The position numbers and the translations under genes are program-made. A stretch of 64,000 bases of DNA, from assembly GCA_009914755.4 (NCBI GenBank), contig CP086569.2:22144001-22208000 (forward strand), given 5' to 3'. Origin of the DNA: the human T2T-CHM13v2.0 reference genome, Homo sapiens. Every line of letters begins with the position of its first letter. Positions within the stretch are counted from its first letter, which is position 1. The notes beneath the pieces are model-generated. The model did not search any database and was not told the origin of the DNA. It was given only the letters and a program-made list of their open reading frames with translations. Shown here in pieces: positions 45,437 to 56,099 of the stretch.

Positions 45437-45896
45437 AAGATGGTGGATACACTTTTGATCTCAACATGACTTCTTCTAGGGGGCCATTTCCATTTAAAAA
45501 AAGGTCCATGTTCAAGAAGTGGAGGTCCTCTTCCTAAAAAATCTGCTCCTTCTGGGCCGGCTGCGGTGGCTCACGCCTGTAATCCCAGCACTTTGCGAGG
45601 CCGAGGCGGGCAGATTACGAGGTCAGGAGATCGAGACCATCCTGGCTAACAGGGTAAAACCCCATCTCTACTAAAAATAAAAAAAAAATTAGCCAGGCAT
45701 GGTGGCAGGCACCTGTAGTTCTAGGTAGTCGGGAGGCTGAGGCAGGAGAATGGCATGAACACGGGAGGTGGAGTTTGCAGGGACCCGAGATTGCGCCACT
45801 GCACTCCAGCTTGGGCGACAGAGCGAGACTCCCTTTCAAAAAAAAAATCTGCTCCTTGTATTGTGGCCAGAAGCAATAGTGGGATGGGAGGCCAAG
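45437..45896 (+). pseudogene. RBMY-like exon ([21 protein letters not shown].. / ..[19 protein letters not shown]) disrupted by a 1-bp deletion and by an Alu insertion (45554-45848)
   Basis: Matches RBMY [52 protein letters not shown]. Acceptor acacag|aagatgg after a long T-rich tract. Donor ccaag|gtaaat at 45897. Confidence 0.8.
45554..45848 (+). mobile_element. Alu (AluY/S-like, CpG-rich) inserted inside a coding exon of the RBMY-like gene with about 15-18 bp TSD aaaaaatctgctcctt
   Basis: ggccggctgcggtggctcacgcctgtaatcccagcactttg..gagcgagactccctttcaaaaaaaaaa. aaaaaatctgctcct present at 45535-45549 and again after the poly-A at about 45841-45858. Confidence 0.9.
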
Positions 45897-46299
45897 GTAA
45901 ATGCTATCTTATAGAAAGACAGTTGTTTTTGTATGACAAAAAAATGAGTTATTTTAACAGGATGCTTAACTTTTAGTTCAAGAAACAAAATAGTAGTGAC
46001 ATACACATGGGCATATTTACTAATTGATAGCTTTTATTGTAGTTTCCGTCTCACTAGGTTAATTTCACATTCATGATGAGGAAATACTTTAGCTTCTAAT
46101 TGTAAATCAAAGAAGTGATTACACTGAGGCAAACATTAGTTTTAATCCTGTGTTTGCCAGAGAATTCCTCTTAATTTTTCTTAAAGTTCCTGGCACTATA
46201 CTTTGATGGTTGGCTTCTTAATCTAATGAATTATTCCATTTCCTAGGTCCCTGGGTAGTGGTCCTCCAGTGGGTCAATCTAAAAATTGTTTGTTCAGTT

Positions 46300-46594
46300 T
46301 CTTTGTTGGGTTGGAGTCTTGTTCTCACCAGGTCAGAGTGTGTTGGTGAGATGATGGCTCACTACAGCCTCAAATTCCTGGGCTGAAGCAATTCTCCTGT
46401 TTCAGCCTCCTGCATTGCTGTACCTACAAGTGTGCACCACCACACATAGCTAAATTTGTTTTTCTTTTTTCTATACTTTTGTAGAGACAAGATCTCATTA
46501 CATTGTCGTAGCTGATATTAAAGCCCTGGGCTCAAGCTGTCCAGCTGCCTCAGCCTTCCACACTGGCTCATGGTGTGAGCCACTGCGCTTGGCC
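46300..46594 (-). mobile_element. Alu (AluJ-like)
   Basis: ..gagtcttgttctcaccaggtcagagtgtgttggtgagatgatggctcactacagcctcaaattcctgggctgaagcaattctcctg.. ..gtgtgagccactgcgcttggcc. Confidence 0.8.
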
Positions 46595-47895
46595 ATCCAG
46601 GTTCTAAGACCTCAATAATACTTATGTGCAAGGAATTCTTACTGGTTATGTGAGGATACTAAGAACTAAAAGAGCTTATTTTGCAAATAAGCAATCACTG
46701 GGCTTAAACAATATTTAATAATAAAATTAAGGCTTGAAAGATAGACTTGAAGGAGTCCAGCATTTTTAAGTTTAGTGCATACCACAAAAGTTCAGAGTTG
46801 TGAAATATATGGGGGTGTAAATTACTCATTAAGATTGTACAGGGATGTTGAAACCTTAACACAAGATCCTTAGTGTAGGATTTGAAATTATTTGAGAATT
46901 TAGTTCTAAGCAGCCTGAGGTGAACAGTAGGATTGAATAGAAGTAATGTTTTTGAGAAGAAGTGTAAGATTTCAGACTGAACAGAAGAAAGCAAGACAAT
47001 AATATAACAGTTCTTAGCAAAGAAATTTAAGGAGAACAAATTAAAATTCTTACCTAGCCCTCCTTCCTAATATGGAGGAAATTGAAAACTGCCATTTTCA
47101 ACATTTCGCATATAGAGTATCAGTGAAGTTAAATATTTATTGATATCAGAATACACAAGCCAGCACATTTCCATTAGAAGACTAGCCAGTGAACACATCA
47201 TAGGAGAAAGACTGACCTCTCTGAATTACCATGTGAAGAGTATGATAAAAGAGGAAGTTTTCTGTTTTTGAAAGAGGTACAATGTTGTAATGACCCCTTT
47301 AAGAGTATTGCTAACTGCAGTAAAAGTAAATATTGGCCATGATTAGAAGAGCTGTACTAGGACATTTTAATTTGTCAACATTTAAGATAGAGCCAATCAC
47401 TTAGAGATAAAGGAGCACTTTTATGTAAAAATTTAGTATGCAGTCGTTCAAAGGTAGCAGTATTTGTGTGTGTGAGATGGATTGAACAACATGGGAAAAT
47501 TTACCTTCTTCAGCTGAGAAAGGACAACATATGTAAACTTTATATTCAGTGAAGAGTTTGATGGTTTTACATGCTTTCCCTGAGTCAATAGTAATCATCA
47601 GTAATTCATATGAAAAGAAAAATAATAACTAACTAGTTATTAACAATTAAAAATGAACTTTTACCTAAGAATTAATGTCTGCCTTCAGCTTCGTTAGAAG
47701 AGCTGGCCTTGTGGAGGCATGGGATTATCCAAAGCCAGAAGAAATATTTAAGTGTCATGAATGTCTAGTAATTTAGGGAAAGAAGAATAGAGTCATACAA
47801 GAAATAATTTTAAAAAGTTGTTTTACAGAAGAAAAAACAGTGTTTCAGATTTTGTGTCCTTTACATAATATTTAATCATTTTAACATTAAATATC

Positions 47896-48007
47896 CCATG
47901 TCACTTGGATGAGAGAATTATGGAGGTCCTCCATGCAGAGAGCCAGTCTCTTCCTGAAGAAATGACCATGTGTCACCAAGAGATGAGGGTTATGCAACTA
48001 AGGATAG
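47896..48007 (+). pseudogene. RBMY-like exon (..[30 protein letters not shown]), in-frame TGA at 47955-47957 and 1-bp deletion near 5' end
   Basis: Matches RBMY [38 protein letters not shown]. W codon TGG>TGA. Donor ggatag|gtaaag at 48008. No canonical AG immediately before the exon start. Confidence 0.7.
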
Positions 48008-48089
48008 GTAAAGGAAAAATGGAAAAATAGTTGACTTTTGTGTGGTGATGAAATTCAAATAACAAAATTAAACATTTAAAGGTAAATAG

Positions 48090-48870
48090 TTAAGTGGTGT
48101 TTAATGCATTCTGTGTGGTGCAACAACTACCACCACCTAGTTCCAAAACATTCTCATCACTCCAAACTACAGCTTCACTACCAGCTAAGCAGTTCATTTC
48201 ATTTTCTCCCTTCTGTCAGCCACTAGCAAACAACAATCTGTTTTCTGCCTCTGAACTTACTTTTTCTGGGCGTTTCATGTTAATGAGCTCAAACACTACA
48301 CGACTTTTTATATCTGTCTCCTTTCATTTTGCGTGATGCCATGAATGTTCATTTACATTGTAGCACTTCTTTCCTTACACAAGCTGCTAACCCATTATTT
48401 TATTTGGGTTGTTTCCACCACAGTATTTCTATATGCACATATTTGTTTGGGTACACTTATTCAATTCTCGGTATATATGAGTGGAATTTCTTGGTCCTAT
48501 AAAAATTGTGTTTATTTTCTTGAGGAAGCACCACATTTCTTCATACTACCTGCATCATTTTCCATTCCATCTAGAATTGTATCAGGGTTACAGATTATCT
48601 ACATCCTCTCAAACACTTGGTATTTCCTGCTTTTTAAAATTTATTTCCATTCCAGTTATGTGTGAAGTATGGTATCTCATTTTGGTTTTGAAATGCATTT
48701 TCTGAATAACTAATTATGATTATTTGTTCCATGTGCTTTTTGAGCATTTGCATATTTTATTTGGAGAAATATCTGTTCAGATGTTTGGCCTTTTATTTTG
48801 TTTAAGTTGTAAGTTATGTTTTGGATCCTAGAAGTTGATAATTTAAAATTTGTTGCTTTAACTTATGGAA
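48090..48870 (-). mobile_element. Old L1 (L1M-type) fragment, minus orientation, in RBMY-like intron
   Basis: ..ccatgtgctttttgagcatttgcatattttatttggagaaatatctgttcagatgtttggccttttattttgtttaagttgtaagttatgttttggatcctagaag.. is the characteristic reverse-complement L1 ORF2 block (..catgtgcttattggccatttgtatatcttctttggagaaatgtctattcag..). Confidence 0.75.
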
Positions 48871-48886
48871 GTAGAATTCATACAAG

Positions 48887-48985
48887 TTCCTGAGACACCA
48901 GGGATGATGCTCCACCACCTAAAGATTATGGATACCATGACTACGGTCGTTCTAGTTGGAGTGAACAATCCTCTGGAGGATATAG
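48887..48985 (+). pseudogene. Single SRGY-box exon ([31 protein letters not shown]) with in-frame TGA (48891-48893)
   Basis: Matches the last RBMY SRGY box [34 protein letters not shown]. CGA>TGA (CpG decay). Acceptor tacaag| at 48885-48886, donor gtac at 48986. Confidence 0.75.
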
Positions 48986-49065
48986 GTACTAAAATAATTT
49001 CTGGTTTTGTCAAAGAGATTTCTTAAGTTTTTCCTGCTGACATTAACAAACGTTTTTTAAATTTA

Positions 49066-49156
49066 ATGACCGTGATGGCTACCAAGGGGGCTGTGGTAGA
49101 GATCATTCTGAACATCCAAGTGGAAGTTCTTACAGAGATGCATATCAGAGTTATGG
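49066..49156 (+). pseudogene. RBMY-like exon ([31 protein letters not shown]); no canonical AG acceptor upstream
   Basis: Matches [34 protein letters not shown]. Donor tatg|gtaagtg at 49157. Upstream sequence tttaaatttaa lacks AG. Confidence 0.7.
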
Positions 49157-49578
49157 TAAGTGTCTGGGTTTGATTTGTAAATTATAGTATTATATTTAAT
49201 AGATGAGATCATTGCTTTAATAAAATTTTAAGGAAGATCATAAAGGAAAAATATAGCATGTTTAAACACTGAGAACTGAGAATTGTTAACAGTATAATGC
49301 ATAGTGAACATGTAGATGAGAACTTCAGTTCATTTTCAGAAAATGTGACTTAACATCGTTTATTTTAAAATAAACTTTCTTATACTTCGAAATACTATTC
49401 TTATGCTTCTTTACAATAAAACCTTTTGACTGTTTCAGGCATAATAATATGCTCTCAATGAAGACAGGGGAAAGCAGATTTTTCCAAATAGTACTTTAAC
49501 TGAGACATGCATTAGTGATACCATTAAAAATGTTTAAATGTAGTTCATTATAAGTTCTATATTTTATCAACCTTGCAG

Positions 49579-50154
49579 GGACCTCTCATGGTGCACCACC
49601 TGCACGAGGGCCTCAGATGAGTTATGGTGGAAGTATTCACTATGATTATAACTGTACATGAGATGGATATGGCAGAAGTCAGCAGAGTTACTCACGGAGG
49701 TGGTGATGTGTATTCCTGTGATCATGGGCACAGTGGCAGAAAAGAGTGAAGGAATCACCGCATATTCTCACTCATAGGTGGGAATGGAACAATGAGAACA
49801 CATGGACACAGGAAGGGGAACATCACACTTTGGGGACTGTTGTGGGGTGGGGGGAGGGGGGAGGGGGGAGGGATAGCATTGGGAGATATACCTAATGCTA
49901 GATGATGAGTTAGTGGGTGCAGCACACCAGCATGGCACAGGTATACATATGTAACTAACCTGCACATTGTGCACATGTAACCTAAAACTTAAAGTATAAT
50001 AATAAAAAAAGAAAAAAAAGAGTAAAGGAATCTACCTTCTGTGGATAGGGTGCACCCTGCTCCTCATGAAGGATACGATAGCTCAAGTTATGGAGCACCT
50101 ACAGGAAGTGGTGGGGGAAGCCGATGTGAAAAAGGAGACTGAAGCAGATATTAA
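49579..50154 (+). pseudogene. RBMY-like last exon ([41 protein letters not shown].. [L1 insertion] ..RVHPAPHEGYDSSSYGAPTGSGGGSRCEKGD*); TGA at 49659-49661; premature TGA at 50140; TAA at 50152
   Basis: Matches RBMY C-terminus [91 protein letters not shown]. Acceptor ccttgcag| at 49577-49578. Confidence 0.8.
49760..50019 (+). mobile_element. 5'-truncated L1 (L1PA-like) 3' end (ORF2 last codons + 3'UTR + poly-A) inserted into the last RBMY-like exon with about 18-20 bp TSD
   Basis: gcatattctcactcataggtgggaatggaacaatgagaacacatggacacaggaaggggaacatcacactttgggg..ggggtggggggaggggggaggggggaggg..cctaaaacttaaagtataataataaaaaaag. TSD aaaagagtgaaggaatcacc (49741-49760) / aaaagagtaaaggaatctacc (50016-50036). 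Confidence 0.9.
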
Positions 50155-50189
50155 AGGAGATATTAAAAATAATACTTACCGTGGTATTC

Positions 50190-50335
50190 AGCAGTCTGAG
50201 GCAGGAGAATTAATTGCTTGTACCCAGAAGGCAGAGATTGCAGTGAGCCAAGATCTCATCACTGTGCTCCAGTCTGGGAAACAAAGCAAAACTGTCTCAC
50301 AAAATAAAAACAAAGAAAGAAAAAAAATAAAGAAA
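50190..50335 (+). mobile_element. Alu right-arm 3' fragment with A-rich tail
   Basis: ggcaggagaattaattgcttgtacccagaaggcagagattgcagtgagccaagatctcatcactgtgctccagtctgggaaacaaagcaaaactgtctcacaaaataaaaacaaag. Confidence 0.8.
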
Positions 50336-51206
50336 GATAATAGTTATTGCTTACCAAACCTTGCTTGCAAAGCAAAAATTAAAATATTATTTCTGCATCA
50401 TTACGTGAGTACCACTAAAACAAAATGTTGATTTTGGAGGGAGAGGTAGATCCTAACTTCCTCTATGAATTTTTTGGGTATTAAGATGAAAATGAATTTC
50501 TTTCAAAGTAATTTCATAATTGTTAATGCTATTTGAAAACTATCTGTTTAGATGATATGGGTGTATTAAAACGTTTAGAATAAAATTATACATATAATAG
50601 GTAATGCCTGATTTCATTGCTACACATGTTTAAAAGCAAATTTAATAGGAGACTAAATTGCGATGTTTGTTGAAAATTTTCTTTTGTAGCTTTGAATAAA
50701 ACTAAATACAAAAGTAGGCATAGGTTACGTCTCCCTTGCAAACTGCACACATTTTCTAATTAGGCTGTGTTTCTCTTTAAAAACTTACAAGCTTTAAAAG
50801 TTTTAGAAGTCTTCAGAAAGACTACAAAACTGTCTGTCTCACCATAAGATGTTTACAATTCAGAGGAATCATGTAGGTAAAAGGAAATAATTAGATATCA
50901 TTGATACTAAAGTTTAAGACATGCAGAACATTCTTCTTGAAGCATTCTGTGACTGAAAGGGGATAATGGTGATGAAAACATTTTTTTCCACCTAAACAAA
51001 AACTGAACCAGCTACGTTTCCTGAGTACATAGCTTAATGAAATTAAGTGTTCCTAATTTAAATAGTGGAAAATAAGTGTTTTTACACGGGAAGTACCCAT
51101 GTTAATGAATTCCTATAATATTTGGCAATGGTTGTTGCTAAGGAATGGTTTAGCAATAAGTTCTTACAAATAGAAATTATCTAGAAGGCTTGGGATTTTA
51201 TCAGAA

Positions 51207-51487
51207 TTTTTTTTTTAAGACAGATTCTAGCTTTGTCACCCAAGCTGTGGTGCAGTGGCTGGATCTTGGCTCACTGTGACCACTGCCTTCTGGGTTCAAG
51301 CTATTCTCCTGCCTCAGCATCCTGAGTTACTGGGTTTATAGGTGTGTGCCACCACAGTTGGCTAATTTTTTTGTATTTTTAGTACAGAGAGCATTTCACC
51401 ATGTTGGCCTGACTGGTCTTAAAAACCTGATTCACCCTCCTTGGCCTCCCAAAGTGCTAGGATTACAGGCATGAGCCACCAGGCTCA
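51207..51487 (-). mobile_element. Alu (old, AluJ-like)
   Basis: tttttttttaagacagattctagctttgtcacccaagctgtggtgcagtggctggatcttggctcactgtgacc.. ..ggcatgagccaccaggctcag. Confidence 0.8.
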
Positions 51488-51992
51488 GACTATCAGATTT
51501 AAGTGAAGGTATGAATAGGAATGCTTTAAACCTCATGGTTTTTGGAAAGTGAAGTGTATAAAACATAAAACAACATCATAAAGTTTCAGACAAGTGATTG
51601 CTTAAAGGTTTAAGATATTTAAGATATCATCTAATGATAAAAATGAAAAGATTTGGACCCAAGTAAGTGAACCAATTAATTTTCCTGATCATACAACTTA
51701 AAGAAATGAAATATATGAAGATCCAGAATTTTACAGTCCATAATTCTTAAAATTTACAGCCTAATCTGTAAGGAGGATGTATTTTTATGAGAAAATTTTG
51801 ACAAGATCATAGTTTTTATAGCGTAAGGGTGCAAATAATTTTAAAGGGAGAAGTTACCAACTTTGATTTTCAAGTGAGTTATTTATGTTATGAAGTTGTG
51901 TTTTTATTCGCCTATAATGTAGGATTGTGAAAGGATACAACTCCCTAGTCTTGTGTATCTTTACAACAGCAACACAAGAAACAGTGTCTGTC

Positions 51993-52284
51993 CAGGTGTG
52001 ATGGCTCCAGTCTTATATCCCAGCATTTTGGGTGGCTGAGTGGGCATAGCACTTCAACTGAGGAGTTTGAAACCAGCCTGGGCAACATGGAGAAATCTTG
52101 TCTGTACAAAATAGACAAAACATTTACTGGATGTGGTAGTGCATCAGTGTAGTACCAGATTTTTGGGGGCTGAGGCGGATGATCGCTTGAGCCCATGACA
52201 TCCGGGTTTCGGTGAGCCTATTTGCTCCATTGCATTTCAGCCTGCATGACAAAGCAAGACCCTGTCCAAAAAAAAAAAAAAAGG
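51993..52284 (+). mobile_element. Alu (AluJ-like) with poly-A/G tail
   Basis: ccaggtgtgatggctccagtcttatatcccagcattttgggtggctgagtgggcatagcacttcaactgaggagtttgaaaccagcctgggcaacatggag.. ..ccaaaaaaaaaaaaaagggggggg. Confidence 0.8.
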
Positions 52285-52732
52285 GGGGGGAAAAGGAAAA
52301 AGTATCTGTGATACTCTCTCCCTAGGATTTTTTAACCCAAATTATCTCCATGAGGCATTCTGTCATAATGATTAAAAGGTAGGGGAAACAGAAGAGTAAC
52401 CTGTAACATACCATTTATCAACCTTGTAACAGGGATTCTGTTTCAGCAGGTTAGAGTAAATGGAGAAAAATCATTAAATAACAAAAGCTAAAGCCTTATT
52501 GCATCATTTTTCATAGGAACATAATGCTTATGAATGAATAATAGGATAATTTTTTTATCATATTTGTCCATATGCATTGCTATGAGAAAATACCTGGATT
52601 TGATAGTTTATAACAAACATTTCTTGTAATCCCAGAGGCTGAGAAGCCCAAGGTCAAGGCATTAGCAAATACAGGGTACAGGTGAAGGGTCACTTCCTGG
52701 ATTTTATTTTTATTTTTATTTATTTATTTATA

Positions 52733-53014
<282 letters not shown>

Positions 53015-53644
53015 ACTTCTTGGATTTGAAACACCCCTCTTGCTAAGTCTACACATAGTAGAAGTGGCTTGGGAACTCTATAGTCTTTTAGGAGTGCGCT
53101 AATAACATTTATGAGGGTACTGTCTTCCTGAACTGATTACTTCCCATCAAAGGCCCTTTTCCCCTTCCAGCAGGAAGCCAAGTGACACTTCCACATGTTG
53201 AGCTTAAGGATGGTGGTGTGAGGTGGCAGTGATGATGTAATGAATTCTTTGGTTTGCAGTGTTTAACGCCTCCAGTGTTGGCATCAGGTATTAAAGGCAT
53301 GAAGATGATTTTTTAATTATTCAAATGTAGTCATCCACCTTCAGCTTACAAGGTTTGGGGACAACTGGGCAGTTTTACTTTTCAGTGATGCTAAATCATG
53401 AAAGGGGGATACAGTGTTGAAATTTTAGTTTGGAGAGTTGTAGCTATATATTGGATAAAATCAGAATTGAAATTGTAGACTAATAAAATATGTAAGACAA
53501 CTCACATGAGTGTGTTTTAGTTTTCCATTGAAACAAAATTCTCTCTGCAGTTACTTCTCTTAACTCTTGTTCACAAAATAAGTTTGGTCTGACTAGATTT
53601 GTCCTCATTTTTTACCTAAGTGCAGTAAGAATTGTCATTGACCA

Positions 53645-53760
53645 CAAAGACATACGTATATACATATTTTATTATATATTTTATATATATTATATAATAT
53701 CTTATATCTTATATATTTTATTATATATAATTTATATATATATATATATAATTTTTTTAA
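53645..53760. repeat. (TA)n / (TATAT)-type AT microsatellite
   Basis: atatacatattttattatatattttatatatattatataatatcttatatcttatatattttattatatataatttatatatatatatatataa. Confidence 0.9.
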
Positions 53761-53762
53761 TT

Positions 53763-54031
53763 ACAGACAGTGTCCAGCTCACTGCAATCTCCACCTTGTG
53801 GTCTGAAGTGATCCTCCAACCTCAGCCTCCTGAGTAGCTGAGACCATAGGCACAAACCGTTATGCTTGGCTAATTCTGTATGTTGTTTGTTTGTTTGTCT
53901 GTTTGTTTGATTTTGGAGATAGGGTTTTACCATGTTGCGCAGGCTAGTCTTGAACTTCTGGGCTGAAGTGGTTCTCCCACCTCTGCCTCTGAATTTGCTG
54001 GGATTTCAGGTGTGAGCCACCATGACCGGCC
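53763..54031 (-). mobile_element. Alu (old, truncated; internal (GTTT)n)
   Basis: ..ctcactgcaatctccaccttgtggtctgaagtgatcctccaacctcagcctcctgagtagctgagaccataggc.. ..tgtgagccaccatgaccggcc. Confidence 0.8.
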
Positions 54032-54582
54032 ACAGAGGCCTTTCCACCTCACTTGGTGAGAACTTTATATAATTAGTTTCACATTATACTTTTTAAAGCC
54101 TTGAGACTAGAAATCAAGCCAGGAACTTGCCACCAGACTTCCCTTTCAGATTCTATACATTTGGTTGAACTCCTTTCCTCTCAGAGTCCTCAAATATCGT
54201 GAGGTTCCAGAGCTTGCCCAGAAGTAATCTTTCTCACATCGTCGGCTAGGAACTCTAACAAACTAACAGGCTGGTTTTTCCAAGAGGGCTCTATAAGTAT
54301 TTTCCCCACAGTCAACTTTAGTTCTTAAAGCTGACTGGTTATCCCTGATTGTATGCAAATCATTCTTAAATGTATTTGATATTTCAGACAAGGCTTTGTA
54401 ATAAAACCAGGTTCCAATTAGGTTCTGTTGAAAAGAGAACACATTCTTACTGAACTTTATAAATGACTCAGTTGCTATATAAATGTTTATAAAATCTTAA
54501 ATGTCCAGTGAACATAACATAGCTTAACTAATAAATTAGTAAATCCAAGAAGGATACAAATGACAAATGTATTCTCTCTCTT

Positions 54583-54880
54583 TTCTTTTTTATCTTTTGA
54601 GATTGAGTCTTGCCCTCTCACCGAGGCTGGACTGCAGTGGCATGATGTCGGCTCACTGCAACCCCTGCCTCCCGAGTTCAAGCAATTCTCCTGCCTCGGC
54701 CTCCCAAGTAGCTGAGATTACAGCTGCATACTACCATTCCTGGCTAATTTTTCTATTTCTAGTAGATATGGGGTTTTGACATAATGGCCAGGCTGGTCTC
54801 AAACTCCTGACCCCAGATGATCCACCTGCCTCGGCCTCCCAATGTGTTGGGATTAAAGGCATGAGCTACCATGCCTGGCC
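54583..54880 (-). mobile_element. Alu (AluS-like)
   Basis: ..gagattgagtcttgccctctcaccgaggctggactgcagtggcatgatgtcggctcactgcaacc.. ..ggcatgagctaccatgcctggcc. Confidence 0.85.
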
Positions 54881-55974
54881 CACAAATGTCTTTTTATACT
54901 TAATAATAACAACAATTTGTAATATGTAGCTGTTTGTATTAAACAATTTTAAAGTAATCTTAGTTACTAAATATTTGCATGAGTGATGTGAGCTTGAATA
55001 CATATTTCTAGAAAGGATTGTTAGGAGTATGTAATTCACAATAGTGATCATTTATCTCTAAGCCAATTTGAATAGCTCCCTTTTAAGTGATATTAAAAAT
55101 TAACTTGGTAATAATATCCAGAGATAGAAATATATCACACACACGTAGCACATATGCATAAAAATATAGAGACAAAAAGATTACGTAGCTCTCCTAAAAT
55201 TTAGTCATGAATGAGGCAATAGGGTAATATAAAACTTGCTGGTTTATGTCCATTTTATATTGTGTCTAAATTGTTCTTCTGAAAAATGATACAAGGTTGC
55301 CTATTCAATAGGAGGTCTGATACCTTTTGTCTGTATTGATGAAGAAGAATTTTATGATATTATTTTGCCCTAATATTTTATCTGTGGAGCCAGAGGACTA
55401 CATTTTAGGCATAGAATACATCTAGTTGCAGTCTGGATGTCTCCAAAGGCTGGGTAGATAAAATACTCAATCCCTTCTAATTAGCATTTTTCATTTCAGC
55501 TTCAGGCCAATAATTTTTTGGAGGGTGGGGAAGATACTTGAGTCACTCCAGAGCCTCTGATTTAGTGGGCCTACAATTCTGTTGACTATAAAGAGTTGAA
55601 AGGATAAAATAGGAAGGAAAAGGCTTGCTTAGGGGTAGATGGAAGAATGATGAGAGGTTTGAGGGAGGATATGTCAAAGGATTCAAGGAAGGTAAAGGGA
55701 AGATTGAAGGTAGTGAAAGGAGAAACAAGAAACATGAGTAATAAGAAGGAAGATATCAAAGAGGCACCACTGTAAGGAGATGTTAAGTTTCTCAAAGATC
55801 ATGGAAGTTCCAAATTATCCTTGAAAAATGCATGCCAACAACAAGGATATAGAGTTACCAAAGCCTAAAGTCCACAAGGGTTCAAGAAAGTGGGTTTTAG
55901 TTGGCTATGAGACTTCCATTGGAGAGGCAAGAATACAAATAAAGAACAGAGAGGTTTCAAAGAGCTTCAATGAA

Positions 55975-56095
55975 GATTAGAGATAGAGATAATGGGATAG
56001 AAAGATAGAGATAGAGATAGAGATAGAGATAGAGATAGAGAAAGAGATAGAGATACAGATAGAGATACAGATAGAGATAGATAAAGATAGAGATT
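55975..56095. repeat. (GATAGA)n / (AGAGAT)n simple repeat, about 120 bp
   Basis: gatagagatagagatagagatagagatagagatagagaaagagatagagatacagatagagatacagatagagatagataaagatagagatt. Confidence 0.95.
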
Positions 56096-56099
56096 AACT

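Noticed and set aside
47690-47760. Possible additional RBMY exon (RRAGLVEAWDYPKPEE vs RBMY [16 protein letters not shown])
   Set aside because: Similarity too weak and no splice signals. The convincing match to this RBMY segment is the exon at 47896-48007.
50066-50431. 121-aa ORF (MKDTIAQVMEHLQEVVGEADVKK...) downstream of the RBMY-like gene
   Set aside because: It is an out-of-frame read through the RBMY last-exon tail and an Alu right-arm fragment (50190-50335). It has no similarity to known proteins and is AT/K-rich.
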